DNA from: Actinomycetota bacterium
GTDB lineage: Bacteria > Actinomycetota > UBA4738 > HRBIN12
Assembly: GCA_035711865.1 (NCBI GenBank)
Contig: DASTBT010000052.1
Span: 1-61,449, forward strand
Direction: 5' to 3'
DNA: 61,449 nt
A model generated the notes under the pieces. It had not been told where the DNA came from and did no database searches. It saw only the letters and a list, made by a program, of their open reading frames with translations. This document shows, in pieces, positions 1-9,902 of this stretch; position 1 is the first letter of the stretch, and each line of letters starts with the position of its first letter. The position numbers and the translations under genes were made by a program.

Positions 1-185
1 AGCGTGCCGAGGTTGATCGGCTCGCCTGCGGCGACCTCGACGGTGCCGAACTCGTCGACCGCGGCGGTCTCCGTGTCGGTGCCTTCGCCACCGCCGCCCC
101 CGTCGTCGTCGTTGGAACAAGCGCTCGCCACCAGGGCGAGCACGGCTACGGTGGCGACCCCCGTGAGCCAGCGTCGACGCTTCAT
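1..185 (-). CDS. 5' part of a secreted lipoprotein, probably an ABC-transporter substrate-binding protein (gene continues beyond window start)
   Basis: Reverse-strand ATG at 185 is preceded by AAGGGAAGGGGG. Translation MKRRRWLTGVATVAVLALVASAC-SNDDDGGGG shows a basic n-region, a hydrophobic core and a lipobox-like Cys. The following GTVEVAAGEPINLG resembles Leu/Ile/Val-type binding proteins. Absent from the ORF track because no stop lies in the window. Confidence 0.55.
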   Translation of the reverse strand, partial: MKRRRWLTGVATVAVLALVASACSNDDDGGGGGEGTDTETAAVDEFGTVEVAAGEPINLGT

Positions 186-322
186 CGGGCCCCCTTCCCT
201 TTCATCCATTCGAGACGGGTCGTTTGGTACCACATCCCGAACCCTCAGGCCAATCACTTCGGTCCGACCGGCCCGCACGTGCATACGTGTCGGAGGTCCC
301 GGCGGGATGCCGACGGGCGGGG

Positions 323-1099
323 TCACCGGCCGGTCGGGAGCGCGGAGCGGAACGTCTCGACCAGGCCGATCACGCCGTCGACATCGCCTTCGACCATCCG
401 CGCCATGAGGGCGCTGCCCACGATGACTCCGTCGGCGAACGCGCTCGCCTCCCGTGCCTGCTCGGGGGTGCCGATCCCCACGCCCACGAGGAGCGGAAGG
501 TCCGTCAGGGGACGGAGCTCGGCAACGAGATCCTGTGCGGTGCTGCCCAGCTCGTCCCTGGCGCCGGTGACCCCGTAGGTCGCGACGCAGTAGACGAACC
601 CGCTCGCGCGGGCGGCGATCTCGCCGAGCCGCGCGCCTGATGCCCCCGGTGCGGCAAGTAAGACGACGTCGATGTTCCTTGCGGCGCAGGCCTTCCTCAA
701 CTCTTCTGATTCATCGACCGGAAGGTCCGGCACGATCACGCCGTCGACACCGGCGGCCGTGGCCTCGTCGAGGAACGTCTCGAGCCCTCTCCGGAGCACG
801 GGGTTCACGTACGTCATCACCGCAACCGGGACCGGCAGATCGGCCTCATGGATCGTCGCGAGCACGTCCGCCGGCCGCGCGCCGGCGGCGAGCGCCGCCG
901 ACGACGTCTCCTGGATCACGCCGCCGTCCATCACGGGGTCGGAGTGCGGCACACCGACCTCGATCGCGTCGACACCCGCCGCGGCGACGGCCCGAAGCAA
1001 CGTCACGTCGACGCCGGGGAAGCCGCCCGTCAGATAGGGCACGAACGCCGAGCCTCCGGCGTCTCGCCGCTCGCGGAGGGCGATCTCGAGGGCGCCCAT
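323..1099 (-). CDS. trpA: Tryptophan synthase alpha chain
   Basis: C-terminal 258 aa of the over-extended 529-aa ORF 323..1912. ATG at 1099 overlaps the trpB stop (ATGA). Blocks: FVPYLTGGFP, IEVGVPHSDPVMDG, GFVYCVATYGVTG, VGVGIGTPEQA. Confidence 0.95.
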   Translation of the reverse strand: MGALEIALRERRDAGGSAFVPYLTGGFPGVDVTLLRAVAAAGVDAIEVGVPHSDPVMDGGVIQETSSAALAAGARPADVLATIHEADLPVPVAVMTYVNPVLRRGLETFLDEATAAGVDGVIVPDLPVDESEELRKACAARNIDVVLLAAPGASGARLGEIAARASGFVYCVATYGVTGARDELGSTAQDLVAELRPLTDLPLLVGVGIGTPEQAREASAFADGVIVGSALMARMVEGDVDGVIGLVETFRSALPTGR

Positions 1100-2310
1100 C
1101 AGGCGCGTCGTCGGAGGGCGGTGAGCACGGTGTCGAGATCCTTGTCGCCGCGACCGGACAGGCACACGAGCACGCGCGAGCCCTCGGGGAGCGGCCGGCG
1201 CAACAGCCACCCGATCACATGCGAAGGCTCGAGCGCCGGCAGGATGCCCTCGGTCCGCGCGAGCGCCTGGAACCCGGCCAGCGCGTCGTCGTCGGAGGCG
1301 ACGACATATTCGGCGCGTCCGGCATCGTGGAGCCAGGCGTGCTCGGGACCCACCCCCGGGTAGTCGAGCCCGGCCGAGATCGAGTGCGTTTCGACGATCT
1401 GACCGTCCGGGTCCTGCAGCAGGTAGGTCATCGCTCCATGGAGGACACCGGGCTCCCCCTGCGTGATCGAGGAGCAGTGTTCCCCCAGGTTCATGCCGCG
1501 GCCGCCGGCTTCCACGCCGATCAAGCGCACCTCGTGGGCGGGGACGAACGCCGTGAACATGCCGATCGCGTTCGACCCACCCCCGACGCACGCGACCACG
1601 ACCTGCGGGTCGGCGCCGATCCGCTCCGCGTATTGCTCGCGCGCCTCGTCGCCGATCACCCGTTGCAGGTCGCGCACGAGCTGCGGGAACGGGTGCGGCC
1701 CCACGACCGACCCGATGATGTAATGCGTGTCGGCCACCGTGGCGGCCCAGTCGCGCAGAGCCTCGTTCACGGCTTCCTTGAGCGTTCGGGAGCCGGCCGT
1801 CACCGGCACCACTTCGGCGCCGAGCAGCTCCATGCGGGCGACGTTCGGGGCCTGGCGGCGGATGTCCTCCTCGCCCATGTAGACCACGCAGGGCAGTCCG
1901 AGGAGCGCGCATGAGGTCGCCGTGGCCACGCCGTGCTGACCCGCGCCGGTCTCGGCGATGATGCGGCGCTTCCCGAGCCGCTCGGCCAGCAACGCCTGGC
2001 CGAGCGCGTTGTTGATCTTGTGGGCGCCGGTGTGCGCGAGGTCCTCACGCTTGAGCCAGACGTCGTAGCCGAGCTCCGCCGAGAGGCGCTCGGCATGCGT
2101 GATCGGGGTCGGCCGCCCGACGAAGTCGCGGCCCAGGGAGCCGAGCTCCGAGCGGAACCCGGGGTCGTCTCGAAGCGTCGCCCACGCCTGCGTCAGCTCG
2201 TCGAGCGCGGGGATCAGGACCTCGGGGACGTAGCGGCCCCCGTAGTCGCCGAAACGCCCCTGCGCATCGGGCTCCGCCGTCGGCGTCACTGTGGCGTTCC
2301 CGGTGCTCAT
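1099..2310 (-). CDS. trpB: Tryptophan synthase beta chain
   Basis: 403-aa ORF. PLP-lysine block [11 protein letters not shown], plus [10 protein letters not shown] and CLSGRGDKD. Start overlaps the trpC stop (ATGA). Confidence 0.97.
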   Translation of the reverse strand: MSTGNATVTPTAEPDAQGRFGDYGGRYVPEVLIPALDELTQAWATLRDDPGFRSELGSLGRDFVGRPTPITHAERLSAELGYDVWLKREDLAHTGAHKINNALGQALLAERLGKRRIIAETGAGQHGVATATSCALLGLPCVVYMGEEDIRRQAPNVARMELLGAEVVPVTAGSRTLKEAVNEALRDWAATVADTHYIIGSVVGPHPFPQLVRDLQRVIGDEAREQYAERIGADPQVVVACVGGGSNAIGMFTAFVPAHEVRLIGVEAGGRGMNLGEHCSSITQGEPGVLHGAMTYLLQDPDGQIVETHSISAGLDYPGVGPEHAWLHDAGRAEYVVASDDDALAGFQALARTEGILPALEPSHVIGWLLRRPLPEGSRVLVCLSGRGDKDLDTVLTALRRRA

Positions 2311-3110
2311 GCGGAGCCGTCACCTCCCTCGTGGGATCCGATCGGGGCCGAGAAGCTGCGCGCCGCGGCCTGCGGGTCGCCGGCGCGCATCAAGGCCTCG
2401 CCTATCAGGATGGCACACGCGCCGCGGGCCACGCCGGCCTCGACGTCGGCACGGGTCCGCACCCCCGACTCGAGCACCGCGATCCGATCCGTCGGCACGC
2501 GACGGAGCCGCTCGAGCGCGAGCGGCACGTCGACCTCGAGCGACTCGAGGTCGCGCGCGTTGACCCCGACGATCTCCGCGCCGCTCGCGAGGGCACGATC
2601 GAGCTCCTCGTCGCTGTGGGTCTCGACGAGCGCCGACATGCCCAGATCGCCGGCGATCGCGAGCATGGCCGCGAGCTCACGATCGGTGAGGCAGGCGGTG
2701 ATCAGCAGGACGGCGTCGGCCCCGTGCGCCCTCGCCTCGATCACCTGCCCCGGATGCACCAGGAAGTCCTTGCGCAGCAGCGGAGACCGCACAGCCGCGC
2801 GGACCGCATCGAGGTCGGTCAGCGACCCGAGGAAATGCCTGGGTTCGGTCAGCACCGAGATCGCGGCCGCACCGCCTGCCTCGTACGCCATGCCCAGTGC
2901 GACAGGATCGGCGTCGCCGGCGATCGCTCCGGCGCTCGGGGATGCGCGCTTGACCTCCGCGATCAGCGCCGGGGTGTTCGCGCGAAGCGCCGCCGCCAGA
3001 TCACGGGCGGGCGCCCGCGCGGACGCACGGGCGAGCAGCGCACCCTCGTCCAGGGGATGCGCGTCGAGGTCACGCCGCACGCCGGCCACGAGATCGGTGA
3101 GGAAGCCCAT
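2307..3110 (-). CDS. trpC: Indole-3-glycerol-phosphate synthase
   Basis: ATG at 3110 ([11 protein letters not shown]...) inside ORF 2307..3197; 267 aa. Blocks: [32 protein letters not shown]. Confidence 0.93.
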   Translation of the reverse strand: MGFLTDLVAGVRRDLDAHPLDEGALLARASARAPARDLAAALRANTPALIAEVKRASPSAGAIAGDADPVALGMAYEAGGAAAISVLTEPRHFLGSLTDLDAVRAAVRSPLLRKDFLVHPGQVIEARAHGADAVLLITACLTDRELAAMLAIAGDLGMSALVETHSDEELDRALASGAEIVGVNARDLESLEVDVPLALERLRRVPTDRIAVLESGVRTRADVEAGVARGACAILIGEALMRAGDPQAAARSFSAPIGSHEGGDGSA

Positions 3111-3129
3111 CGGGCAGCGAGTGTAGCCC

Positions 3130-3837
3130 TCACTCGGAGCCGAGCAGCTCTTCCAAGGGAAGGCCGCCGTCGAGGAAGGCGCGACCGACCACCGCACCCG
3201 TCGCGCCGGCCCCGCGCACGGCCCGCAGGTCGTCGGTCGACGCGATGCCGCCCGCGGCGATCACGGGGCGGCCGGCCCGGACCACCCTCCGCACGGTGTC
3301 GACGTCGGGGCCCTCCAGGCTTCCGACGCGAGCGATCGCGGTCACCAGGAAGGCGCGCGCCCCCGCGGCGACGATCCAGCCCAGCGTCTGGACCAGCGGG
3401 AGGTCGACGTGCCGACCTCCGCGAGACCGGATGCGGTCCCCTTCGACCTCGATGCCGATCAGCGCGCTCTCGGCGAGCTCGGCGATCAACTGTGAGGCAC
3501 CGGCTTCGTCGGCGAGCGCTCCCGAGCCGAGCACCACACGGTCGGCGCCGGCATCGAGCACGGCCCGCGCATCCTCCACCGTGCTGATCCCCCCGCTCCC
3601 CTGCACCCGGACATCGAGGGCCGCGATCGCTCGCACGGTCTCGAGGTTGCGGGGCCCGTCGGAGAACGCGAGGTCGAGGTCGACCACGTGCAGCCGCCGC
3701 GCGCCCGCTGCCACGTATGCCCGCGCCGCGGCGAGCGGGTCGCCGCCGAACGCGTCGGAGGAGGCCGGGCCCTCGCTTGTGAACACGGCGAGCCTCCCCG
3801 CGGCGACGTCGATCGCCGGGATCAGCTCGAAGCTCAT
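3130..3837 (-). CDS. HisA/PriA-fold (beta/alpha)8 phosphoribosyl isomerase, positioned as a TrpF equivalent
   Basis: ATG at 3837 (MSFELIPAIDVAAGRL...) inside ORF 3130..4131; 235 aa. HisA-type N-terminal IPAIDV Asp, GSGGISTVEDA, and C-terminal AAGGIAS...GAVVGRAFLDG phosphate-binding blocks. Lies 19 nt upstream of trpC. Confidence 0.8.
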   Translation of the reverse strand: MSFELIPAIDVAAGRLAVFTSEGPASSDAFGGDPLAAARAYVAAGARRLHVVDLDLAFSDGPRNLETVRAIAALDVRVQGSGGISTVEDARAVLDAGADRVVLGSGALADEAGASQLIAELAESALIGIEVEGDRIRSRGGRHVDLPLVQTLGWIVAAGARAFLVTAIARVGSLEGPDVDTVRRVVRAGRPVIAAGGIASTDDLRAVRGAGATGAVVGRAFLDGGLPLEELLGSE

Positions 3838-3887
3838 GCGTTCCACCCTAGCGGCCGAGCGGCACCCGACCGCGCGTCTTCGTTGGA

Positions 3888-6800
3888 CTACCGGGCCACG
3901 GCTCCTGCGGACTCGCGCTCCCCCCGGTCCGGATCGCGCTCCAGCCGAGCGGCGTCGCCGCCGAGGAGCGAGCCGAGCTCGCCGAGCAACGGCCCCGCGG
4001 GGTGAACGCGGTAGGTGCCCAGCTCGAGCGGCGTGACTCCGGTCGACGACAGGAACCGCACCCGGACCGGCGCGCCGCCCGGGTGGGCCTCGAAGAGCTC
4101 CTTGAGTCTGGCCAGCACCGACGGCGTACACGCCGCCGCCGGCAGGTCGACCACGAGTGCCTCAGGTGCGCCGATCGTCACCGCGGTCCCGAGGTCGGGC
4201 TCTCGGACCTCGGTCGCCCGGATCTGCAGCTCCCGACCGCGAAGATCGATGCGCCCGGTCGCCAACACGATACGGTCGGTCTCGATCATGCCCGGCACCG
4301 CCTCGTACACGCTGGGGAAGGCCACGACGTGGACGCCGCCGGCCAGTCCTTCGAGCCGGAACTGGGCGTATGGCTCCCCGCGCTTCGTGTACTTCCGCGC
4401 GACCGCCCCGATGATGCCCCCGATCGTGACGAGGTCGCCGTCGCCCAACGACTCGAGGTCGGCGATCTCATGCGTGCACTTGGAGGACAGCGCCTCTCGG
4501 ACCTCGAGCAGCGGATGGTCGGTGACGAACTGCCCGAGCATCTCCTTCTCGAGCCGAAGCAGCGTGCGCTTGTCGAACTCCTCGGCTTCGAGCACCGACT
4601 CGTCGATCGCGGCCGGGCCGCCCTCGTCGCCGCTCGACCCGAACAACGAGAACTGCCCGGCGGCTTCGGCCTTGCGCTCGGCGAGGATCGGCCCGGAGAC
4701 CTTGTCCTGGCCCACCAACAGGCCCTGGCGCGTGTAGCCGAGCGAGTCGAACGCGCCCGCCTGCACCAACGATTCGATCACCCGCTTCGTGAGCACGCCG
4801 GGGTCGACCCTGGTGCAGAAGTCGGAGAACGTTGCGAACCCGCCTCCGGCTCGGCGGGCCTCGATGATCTTCGTGACCGCCCCCTCCCCGACGTTGCGCA
4901 CGGCGGACAGGCCGTACCGGATCGCCGGCTCGTCGCCTGGCGCCGGGGCGAAATCGGTCTCCGAGCCGTTCACGTCGGGCGGCAACACCTCGATGCCCAT
5001 GCCGCGGCACGCGTACAGGTAGTACGGCTTGCGGTCCTTGTCGTCCTTGACCGAGGTGAGGATCGCCGCCATGTACTCGACCGGGTGGTGCGCTATCAGG
5101 TAGGCGGTCTGGTAGGCGACGTAGCCGTAGGCGCAGGCGTGCGAGGCGTTGAACCCGTAATCGGCGAAGGGCACGATCATCTCGAACAGCTCGGCCGCGA
5201 GCTGCCGTTGGTAGCCCTTGCCGACGGCGCCGGCGATGAACTGTTCCTTGAACGGCATGAGCACATCGAGCTTCTTCTTGCCCATCGCCTTGCGGAGGGT
5301 GTCGGCCTGGCCCATCGAGAACCCGGAGAGCGCGACGGCGACCTGCATCACCTGCTCCTGGTAGATCATCACGCCGTACGTATCGCGCAGGATCGGCTCG
5401 AGGTCGTCGTGCGGATAGGTGACCTGGCGCCGGCCGTGCTTGCGCTCGGCGTATTCGGTGTGCAGCCCGTTGTTCAGGGGGCCCGGACGGTACAGCGCCA
5501 CGAGCGCCATCATGTCCTCGAACCGGTCGGGCTTGAGCACCTTGATCAGCTGGCGCATGCCGGCCGATTCCATCTGGAAGACGCCGGTCGTCTCGGCGCG
5601 CTGCAGCATCGCGTAGGTGTCGGGATCGTCGAGCGGCACGTGGTCGATGTCGAGGTCGACACCTCGCGCGCGGAGATGCCGCAGGGTGTCCTCGATCACC
5701 GAGAGGTTCCGCAGGCCGAGGAAGTCCATCTTCAGCAGGCCGAGCGCCTCGACCCCGTTCATGTCGAACTGGGTGACCACCTTCTTGGAATCGTCGCGCG
5801 AGTCCTTCGAGAGCTTGAGCGGCAGGTAGTTCACGAGCGGCGCGTCGCCGATCACGACGCCCGCCGCATGCACCGAGTCCTCGCGCCGGAGGCCCTCGAG
5901 CGCCCGGGCGGTCTCGACGATCTCCTTGGCCTCGGGCTCGCGCTCGTACGCGTTCGCGAGGTCGGGCGAGAGCTTCAGCGCGTCCTCGATGGGGTAGTCG
6001 CGTCCCATCACCGCCGGCGGGTACATCTTGCAGAGCCGGTCGCCCACGACCGGCGGGAAGCCGAGCACGCGCGCGGCGTCGCGGATGCCCTGCTTCCCCT
6101 TGATCGTCTGGAACGTGACGATCTGTGCGACGTGGTCGGCGCCGTAGCGTTCGGTGGCGTAGCGGATCACCTCGTCGCGCCGACGCTCGTCGAAGTCCAT
6201 GTCGATGTCGGGCATCTGGATGCGTTCCGGATTGAGGAACCGCTCGAACAGCAGCCCGTAGCGCAGCGGATCGAGGTCGGTGATGCGCAGCGCGTAGCTC
6301 ACGACCGAACCCGCGGCCGACCCGCGGCCGGGGCCGACCCGGATGCCCTGCTCGCGCGCGTGCCGGATCAGGTCCCAGACGATCAGGAAGTACCCGCCGA
6401 AGCCCATGCTCGTGATCACGTCGAGCTCGTGGTCGATCCGCTGCCGGATCTCGGGCGTGATGGTGCCGAACCGCTCCGCCGCCCCGTCGTCGACGAGCCG
6501 GCGGAGGTACTCGTCGCGTGCGATGCCTCCGGGGGTCTCGAACCGCGGCAGGTGGTACCGCTGGTCGGACGGCGCACGGTCGCCGTAGACGAGGTCGAGC
6601 TCGACGCTCTCGGCGATCCTCAGCGTGTTGTCACAGACCTCGGGGGTCTCCGCGAACACGTGCCGCATCTCCTCGGGACCCTTCAGGTAGAACTCGTCGG
6701 CGTCGAACTTCAACCGCTTCAGATCGGTCTGCACCTTCTGCTGCTGGATGCACAGCAGCACGTCGTGCGGCTTCGCGTCTTCCTTCAGCGTGTAGTGCAG

Positions 6801-7460
6801 GTCGTTCGTGGCCACGACCGGGATGCCGAGCTCGCGACCCAGATCGAACTGCTGCCGCAGGATGCGGCGCTGGTCGCCGATGCCATGGTCTTGAACCTCG
6901 ATGAAGTACCCGTCGGCACCGAAGATGTCCCGGTACTCGTCGGCGACCCGGCGAGCTCGATCGGCCTGACCGTTCAGGAGCAGCACCGACAGTTCGCTGG
7001 ATAGGCATCCTGACAGGCACGTGATGCCTTCGGCGTGTTCGGCCATCAGCGCCTTGTCCATGCGCGGCCGGTGGTAGAAGCCCTCGAGATGCGCCGCCGA
7101 GACCAGCTTCAACAGGTTCCGGTACCCGGTCTCGTTCCGGGCCAGCAGCGTGAGGTGGTAGTACTTCTCCTCGCTCTCCCCGAGGGTGCGGTCGAAGCGC
7201 GAGCCGGGCGCCACGTAGGCCTCGACCCCGATGATCGGCTTCACGCCCGCCTCGCGGGCGGCCTCGAAGAACTTCAGGGCGCCGAACATCGCTCCGTGGT
7301 CGGTGACCGCCACGGCGGGCATGCCCAGACGTCGGGCCTCGCTGAAGATCGTCGGCGCGCCCGGGTTCGAGGCCGGAGGATCGATGCGCGCTGCCCCGTC
7401 GAGCAGGGAGAACTCGGAGTGGACGTGGAGGTGGACGAAGGTGTCGGTCTGTGGAGTCAT
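3888..7460 (-). CDS. dnaE: DNA polymerase III alpha subunit (replicative DnaE1)
   Basis: 1202-aa ORF 3888..7496 opens with GTG. The ATG at 7460 is preferred because AGGAG lies 14 nt upstream; the start is uncertain by 12 codons. PHP motif HLHVHSEFSLLDG, a full pol III alpha core and an OB-fold tail. Confidence 0.95.
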   Translation of the reverse strand: MTPQTDTFVHLHVHSEFSLLDGAARIDPPASNPGAPTIFSEARRLGMPAVAVTDHGAMFGALKFFEAAREAGVKPIIGVEAYVAPGSRFDRTLGESEEKYYHLTLLARNETGYRNLLKLVSAAHLEGFYHRPRMDKALMAEHAEGITCLSGCLSSELSVLLLNGQADRARRVADEYRDIFGADGYFIEVQDHGIGDQRRILRQQFDLGRELGIPVVATNDLHYTLKEDAKPHDVLLCIQQQKVQTDLKRLKFDADEFYLKGPEEMRHVFAETPEVCDNTLRIAESVELDLVYGDRAPSDQRYHLPRFETPGGIARDEYLRRLVDDGAAERFGTITPEIRQRIDHELDVITSMGFGGYFLIVWDLIRHAREQGIRVGPGRGSAAGSVVSYALRITDLDPLRYGLLFERFLNPERIQMPDIDMDFDERRRDEVIRYATERYGADHVAQIVTFQTIKGKQGIRDAARVLGFPPVVGDRLCKMYPPAVMGRDYPIEDALKLSPDLANAYEREPEAKEIVETARALEGLRREDSVHAAGVVIGDAPLVNYLPLKLSKDSRDDSKKVVTQFDMNGVEALGLLKMDFLGLRNLSVIEDTLRHLRARGVDLDIDHVPLDDPDTYAMLQRAETTGVFQMESAGMRQLIKVLKPDRFEDMMALVALYRPGPLNNGLHTEYAERKHGRRQVTYPHDDLEPILRDTYGVMIYQEQVMQVAVALSGFSMGQADTLRKAMGKKKLDVLMPFKEQFIAGAVGKGYQRQLAAELFEMIVPFADYGFNASHACAYGYVAYQTAYLIAHHPVEYMAAILTSVKDDKDRKPYYLYACRGMGIEVLPPDVNGSETDFAPAPGDEPAIRYGLSAVRNVGEGAVTKIIEARRAGGGFATFSDFCTRVDPGVLTKRVIESLVQAGAFDSLGYTRQGLLVGQDKVSGPILAERKAEAAGQFSLFGSSGDEGGPAAIDESVLEAEEFDKRTLLRLEKEMLGQFVTDHPLLEVREALSSKCTHEIADLESLGDGDLVTIGGIIGAVARKYTKRGEPYAQFRLEGLAGGVHVVAFPSVYEAVPGMIETDRIVLATGRIDLRGRELQIRATEVREPDLGTAVTIGAPEALVVDLPAAACTPSVLARLKELFEAHPGGAPVRVRFLSSTGVTPLELGTYRVHPAGPLLGELGSLLGGDAARLERDPDRGERESAGAVAR

Positions 7461-7574
7461 CTGCTGCGCGCGAGCTCCTGACGGCAGGATATCCACAGCT
7501 CCCCGACGGACTGTGGAGAACTACACCGGTGTGATTCGAGCGGAGCCTCAACCTACGCCCGGTCGTCTGAGCCG

Positions 7575-8477
7575 TCAAGGCTGCAGGTCACGGGCGCGCT
7601 CGAGCGCTCGCGCGAGGTCGTCGGGGAGCGCCTCGTCGATCTCGATCCGCTCCCCTGTGATCGGGTGGTCGAAGGCGATGCGCCAGGAGTGCAGGAACGG
7701 ACGAGCGAGGCCGAGCGCGGTCGCGTCGTCCCCCCCTCCCCCGTACGCCCGGTCCCCAAGGATCGGGTGACCGATCGCCCGCAGGTGCACGCGGATCTGA
7801 TGTGTGCGGCCGGTTCGAGGTGCCGCCTCGAGGAGCGTCGCGCGGGCGAACCGCTCCTTCGTCTCGAACACGGTCTCGGCGGCCCGCCCTTCGCTGCGGT
7901 CCACGACGACCCGGTCGGCACGGCGGCCGAGCGGGGCCTCGACCGAGAACGTGTCGTGCTCGAGGCGCCCGCGCGTGAGCGCGAGGTACCGGCGCTCGAC
8001 GTCGTGACGGCGCATCATGCCCGCGAGGCCCTCGTGTGTTGGGTCGTCTTTCGCCACGAGCATCAACCCCGACGTGCCGGCATCGAGGCGGTGCACGATG
8101 CCCGGCCGGAGCTGCCCGCCGATGCTCGAGAGCGGCATGCCCATGCCGAGGAGTCGGTTCACCAGCGTGCCGGTCCTGCGCCGCTCCGTCGGATGCACGA
8201 TCAACCCGGTGGGTTTGGCGATCACCGCCAGATGACCGTCCTCGAAACGGACCGGCACGGGCGGGCCCTCGGGGGCGAGCGGCGGCGGTGCCGACCCGAT
8301 CTCCACCTCGAGCCGCTCACCCCCCCGCAGCCGGAAGGACTTCGGTCGCTCGGCGCCGTCGACGAGCACCGCCCCGTCGGCGATCGCACGCTGCACGTCG
8401 GCCCGGGGAAGGCCGGTCAGTCGCGCCACGACGGCGTCGAGCCGGCCGGGCTCGCCGGCGAGGACTTCAACGCCCAT
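7575..8477 (-). CDS. rluD: RluA-family 23S rRNA pseudouridine synthase (RluD-like) with N-terminal S4 domain
   Basis: ATG at 8477 (MGVEVLAGEPGRLD...) overlaps the lspA 3' end by 11 nt. Catalytic block HRLDAGTSGLMLVAK, plus TGRTHQIRVHL. Confidence 0.9.
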   Translation of the reverse strand: MGVEVLAGEPGRLDAVVARLTGLPRADVQRAIADGAVLVDGAERPKSFRLRGGERLEVEIGSAPPPLAPEGPPVPVRFEDGHLAVIAKPTGLIVHPTERRRTGTLVNRLLGMGMPLSSIGGQLRPGIVHRLDAGTSGLMLVAKDDPTHEGLAGMMRRHDVERRYLALTRGRLEHDTFSVEAPLGRRADRVVVDRSEGRAAETVFETKERFARATLLEAAPRTGRTHQIRVHLRAIGHPILGDRAYGGGGDDATALGLARPFLHSWRIAFDHPITGERIEIDEALPDDLARALERARDLQP

Positions 8478-9009
8478 CTGCGGACGGTGCGTCGGACCGC
8501 AGCGGCGACGCCGCGTCGCCGCCTCGGCGTTCCGGCCGGTCACCGAGGAAGGATCCGACGGCCAGCACGATCGCGCCGATCACGATCGCCGAGTCGGCCA
8601 CGTTGAAGACCGGCCAGATCTGCAGATCGATGAAGTCCACGACATGGCCTGTGAAGTCCTCGCCCCTCGTGTACCGGTCCGTCAGGTTGCCCAGCGCCCC
8701 TCCGAGGACGAGCCCCAAGGCGACGGCGGTGACCGGGTTCGTATGACGGAACGCGGTCACCACGATCAGCACTGAGACGACCACCGTGGCGCCGACGAAG
8801 AACCAGGGGATGTCCTGGCCGAGGCTGAACGCACCTCCTGGGTTCGTCGCGAACCGGAACGACAGCACACCCGGGATCACGTCGATCGGGTCGTCGGGAA
8901 GCGTCCGCTCGGCCCAGAGCTTCGTGACCCTGTCGAGCAGGTACACGACCACGGCCACCGAGAAGAGCCAGATCGCCGCGCGCCTGCGTGCGCGGAGCAC
9001 GGCCGTCAC
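8467..9009 (-). CDS. lspA: Lipoprotein signal peptidase II
   Basis: GTG at 9009 overlaps the stop of the upstream gene (GTGA); 180 aa. Blocks: NPGGAFS, LGNLTDR, FNVADSAIVIGA. Confidence 0.9.
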   Translation of the reverse strand: MTAVLRARRRAAIWLFSVAVVVYLLDRVTKLWAERTLPDDPIDVIPGVLSFRFATNPGGAFSLGQDIPWFFVGATVVVSVLIVVTAFRHTNPVTAVALGLVLGGALGNLTDRYTRGEDFTGHVVDFIDLQIWPVFNVADSAIVIGAIVLAVGSFLGDRPERRGGDAASPLRSDAPSADGR

Positions 9010-9389
9010 CGGCGCGACTGCGCCTGCGCGTCCTTGATGCAGAGATCGACGTAGGGAAGGGCCTTGATGCGGGCCTTCTCGATCGGCTTGCCGCACCGTT
9101 CGCAGATGCCGTAGCTGCCGTCGTCGATCCGACCGAGCGCACGGTCGATCTTGGCCAACAGGTCGCGCACGTTGTTCTCGATCGACAGGTCCTTCTCGCG
9201 TTCGAACGTGGCGGTTCCGGCGTCGGCCGACTCGTCATCGAGGCCGACGTCGCCGGAGAGCTCGGATTGGGTGGCGGCGAATGCCTCTTCCTCGATCGTG
9301 GTGAGTTGCTCCCGCAGCTCGCCGCGTTCCACTTCGAGGCGACCTTTGAGGTCGCCGATCTCCTTCGCGGTGAGCTTGGTCTGGGCCAT
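9006..9389 (-). CDS. TraR/DksA-family zinc-finger protein
   Basis: 127-aa ORF with a coiled-coil N-terminal part and C-terminal YGICERCGKPIEKARIKALPYVDLCIKD. The same position (upstream of lspA) is seen in other actinobacteria. Confidence 0.85.
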   Translation of the reverse strand: MAQTKLTAKEIGDLKGRLEVERGELREQLTTIEEEAFAATQSELSGDVGLDDESADAGTATFEREKDLSIENNVRDLLAKIDRALGRIDDGSYGICERCGKPIEKARIKALPYVDLCIKDAQAQSRR

Positions 9390-9438
9390 GGTCGGCGAAG
9401 GGTAGCAGATGGGGCCGTTCGCGGCGCATCATCGCAGG

Positions 9439-9702
9439 TCAGAGCCCATCTATGACCTCGCTGAGACGGTCCTGGGAAACCCCGTCGACCACGAAGATCT
9501 TGATCCGCGAGCGAGCGCCGCTGCGGAGCGTCACCGCGCTCTTTGGCAGGCCCAGCAGGGACGCCAACGCGGCGGCCGCCTGAGCCGTGGCCCTGCCTCC
9601 TTCCGGCGCGGACCGCACACGGATGACGACCTCACCTCCCGGACCACGCAGCACCTGCGTGCGGCCGGATCTCGGGATGACCCGCACGGTCACGATCGCC
9701 AT
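9439..9702 (-). CDS. DUF167 (YggU/UPF0235) family protein
   Basis: C-terminal 87 aa of artefactual ORF 9439..10281: MAIVTVRVIPRSGRTQV...SAPEGGRATAQ...LRSGARSRIKIFVV matches the YggU pattern. An alternative ATG at 9714 adds 4 aa. Confidence 0.75.
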   Translation of the reverse strand: MAIVTVRVIPRSGRTQVLRGPGGEVVIRVRSAPEGGRATAQAAAALASLLGLPKSAVTLRSGARSRIKIFVVDGVSQDRLSEVIDGL

Positions 9703-9734
9703 GGCGTGGAGCATGCCCTCCCACAGGCGCCGGA

Positions 9735-9902
9735 TCAGCGTGCGGCGCGCGGACGACGCCTCGCCCGCAGGTGCCTGAGCCACCCGTCGGCCAGGGCCAC
9801 CATCGAAAGGACGCCGGCGACGATCGAGATGCCGAGGATCGTCGCGCCCTGCTCGATCGCCAGTCCCGTGACCAAGGTCACCAGGCAGGCCATGCCCAGC
9901 AC
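9735..9902 (-). CDS. Candidate small two-TM membrane protein (55 aa)
   Basis: Below the ORF-track size cut-off. From GTG at 9902: VLGMACLVTLVTGLAIEQGATILGISIVAGVLSMVALADGWLRHLRARRRPRAAR. About 90 % G/C at third codon positions. Fits the gap between the divIVA stop (9965) and the DUF167 start. No clear SD, so the start is uncertain. Confidence 0.35.
   Translation of the reverse strand: MLGMACLVTLVTGLAIEQGATILGISIVAGVLSMVALADGWLRHLRARRRPRAAR

Noticed and set aside
186-322. Terminator after trpA
   Set aside because: Only 5-bp stems are present (CACGT/ACGTG and GTCGG/CCGAC). None is convincing.
323-1912. 529-aa 'TrpA' and similar N-terminally extended ORFs (2307..3197, 3130..4131, 15692..17491, 18210..20435, 19540..21867, 20889..22397, 21953..23656, 23311..25392, 53529..55898)
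   Set aside because: The extensions read through the upstream gene in another frame. In each case the true start is the ATG or GTG overlapping or abutting the upstream stop codon, and it matches the family N-terminus.
4002-7004. 1000-aa plus-strand ORF
   Set aside because: It is exactly antisense to dnaE. The product is Arg/Gly/Asp/His-rich low-complexity sequence with no family motifs. This is the typical stop-codon-poor antisense frame of 70 % GC DNA.
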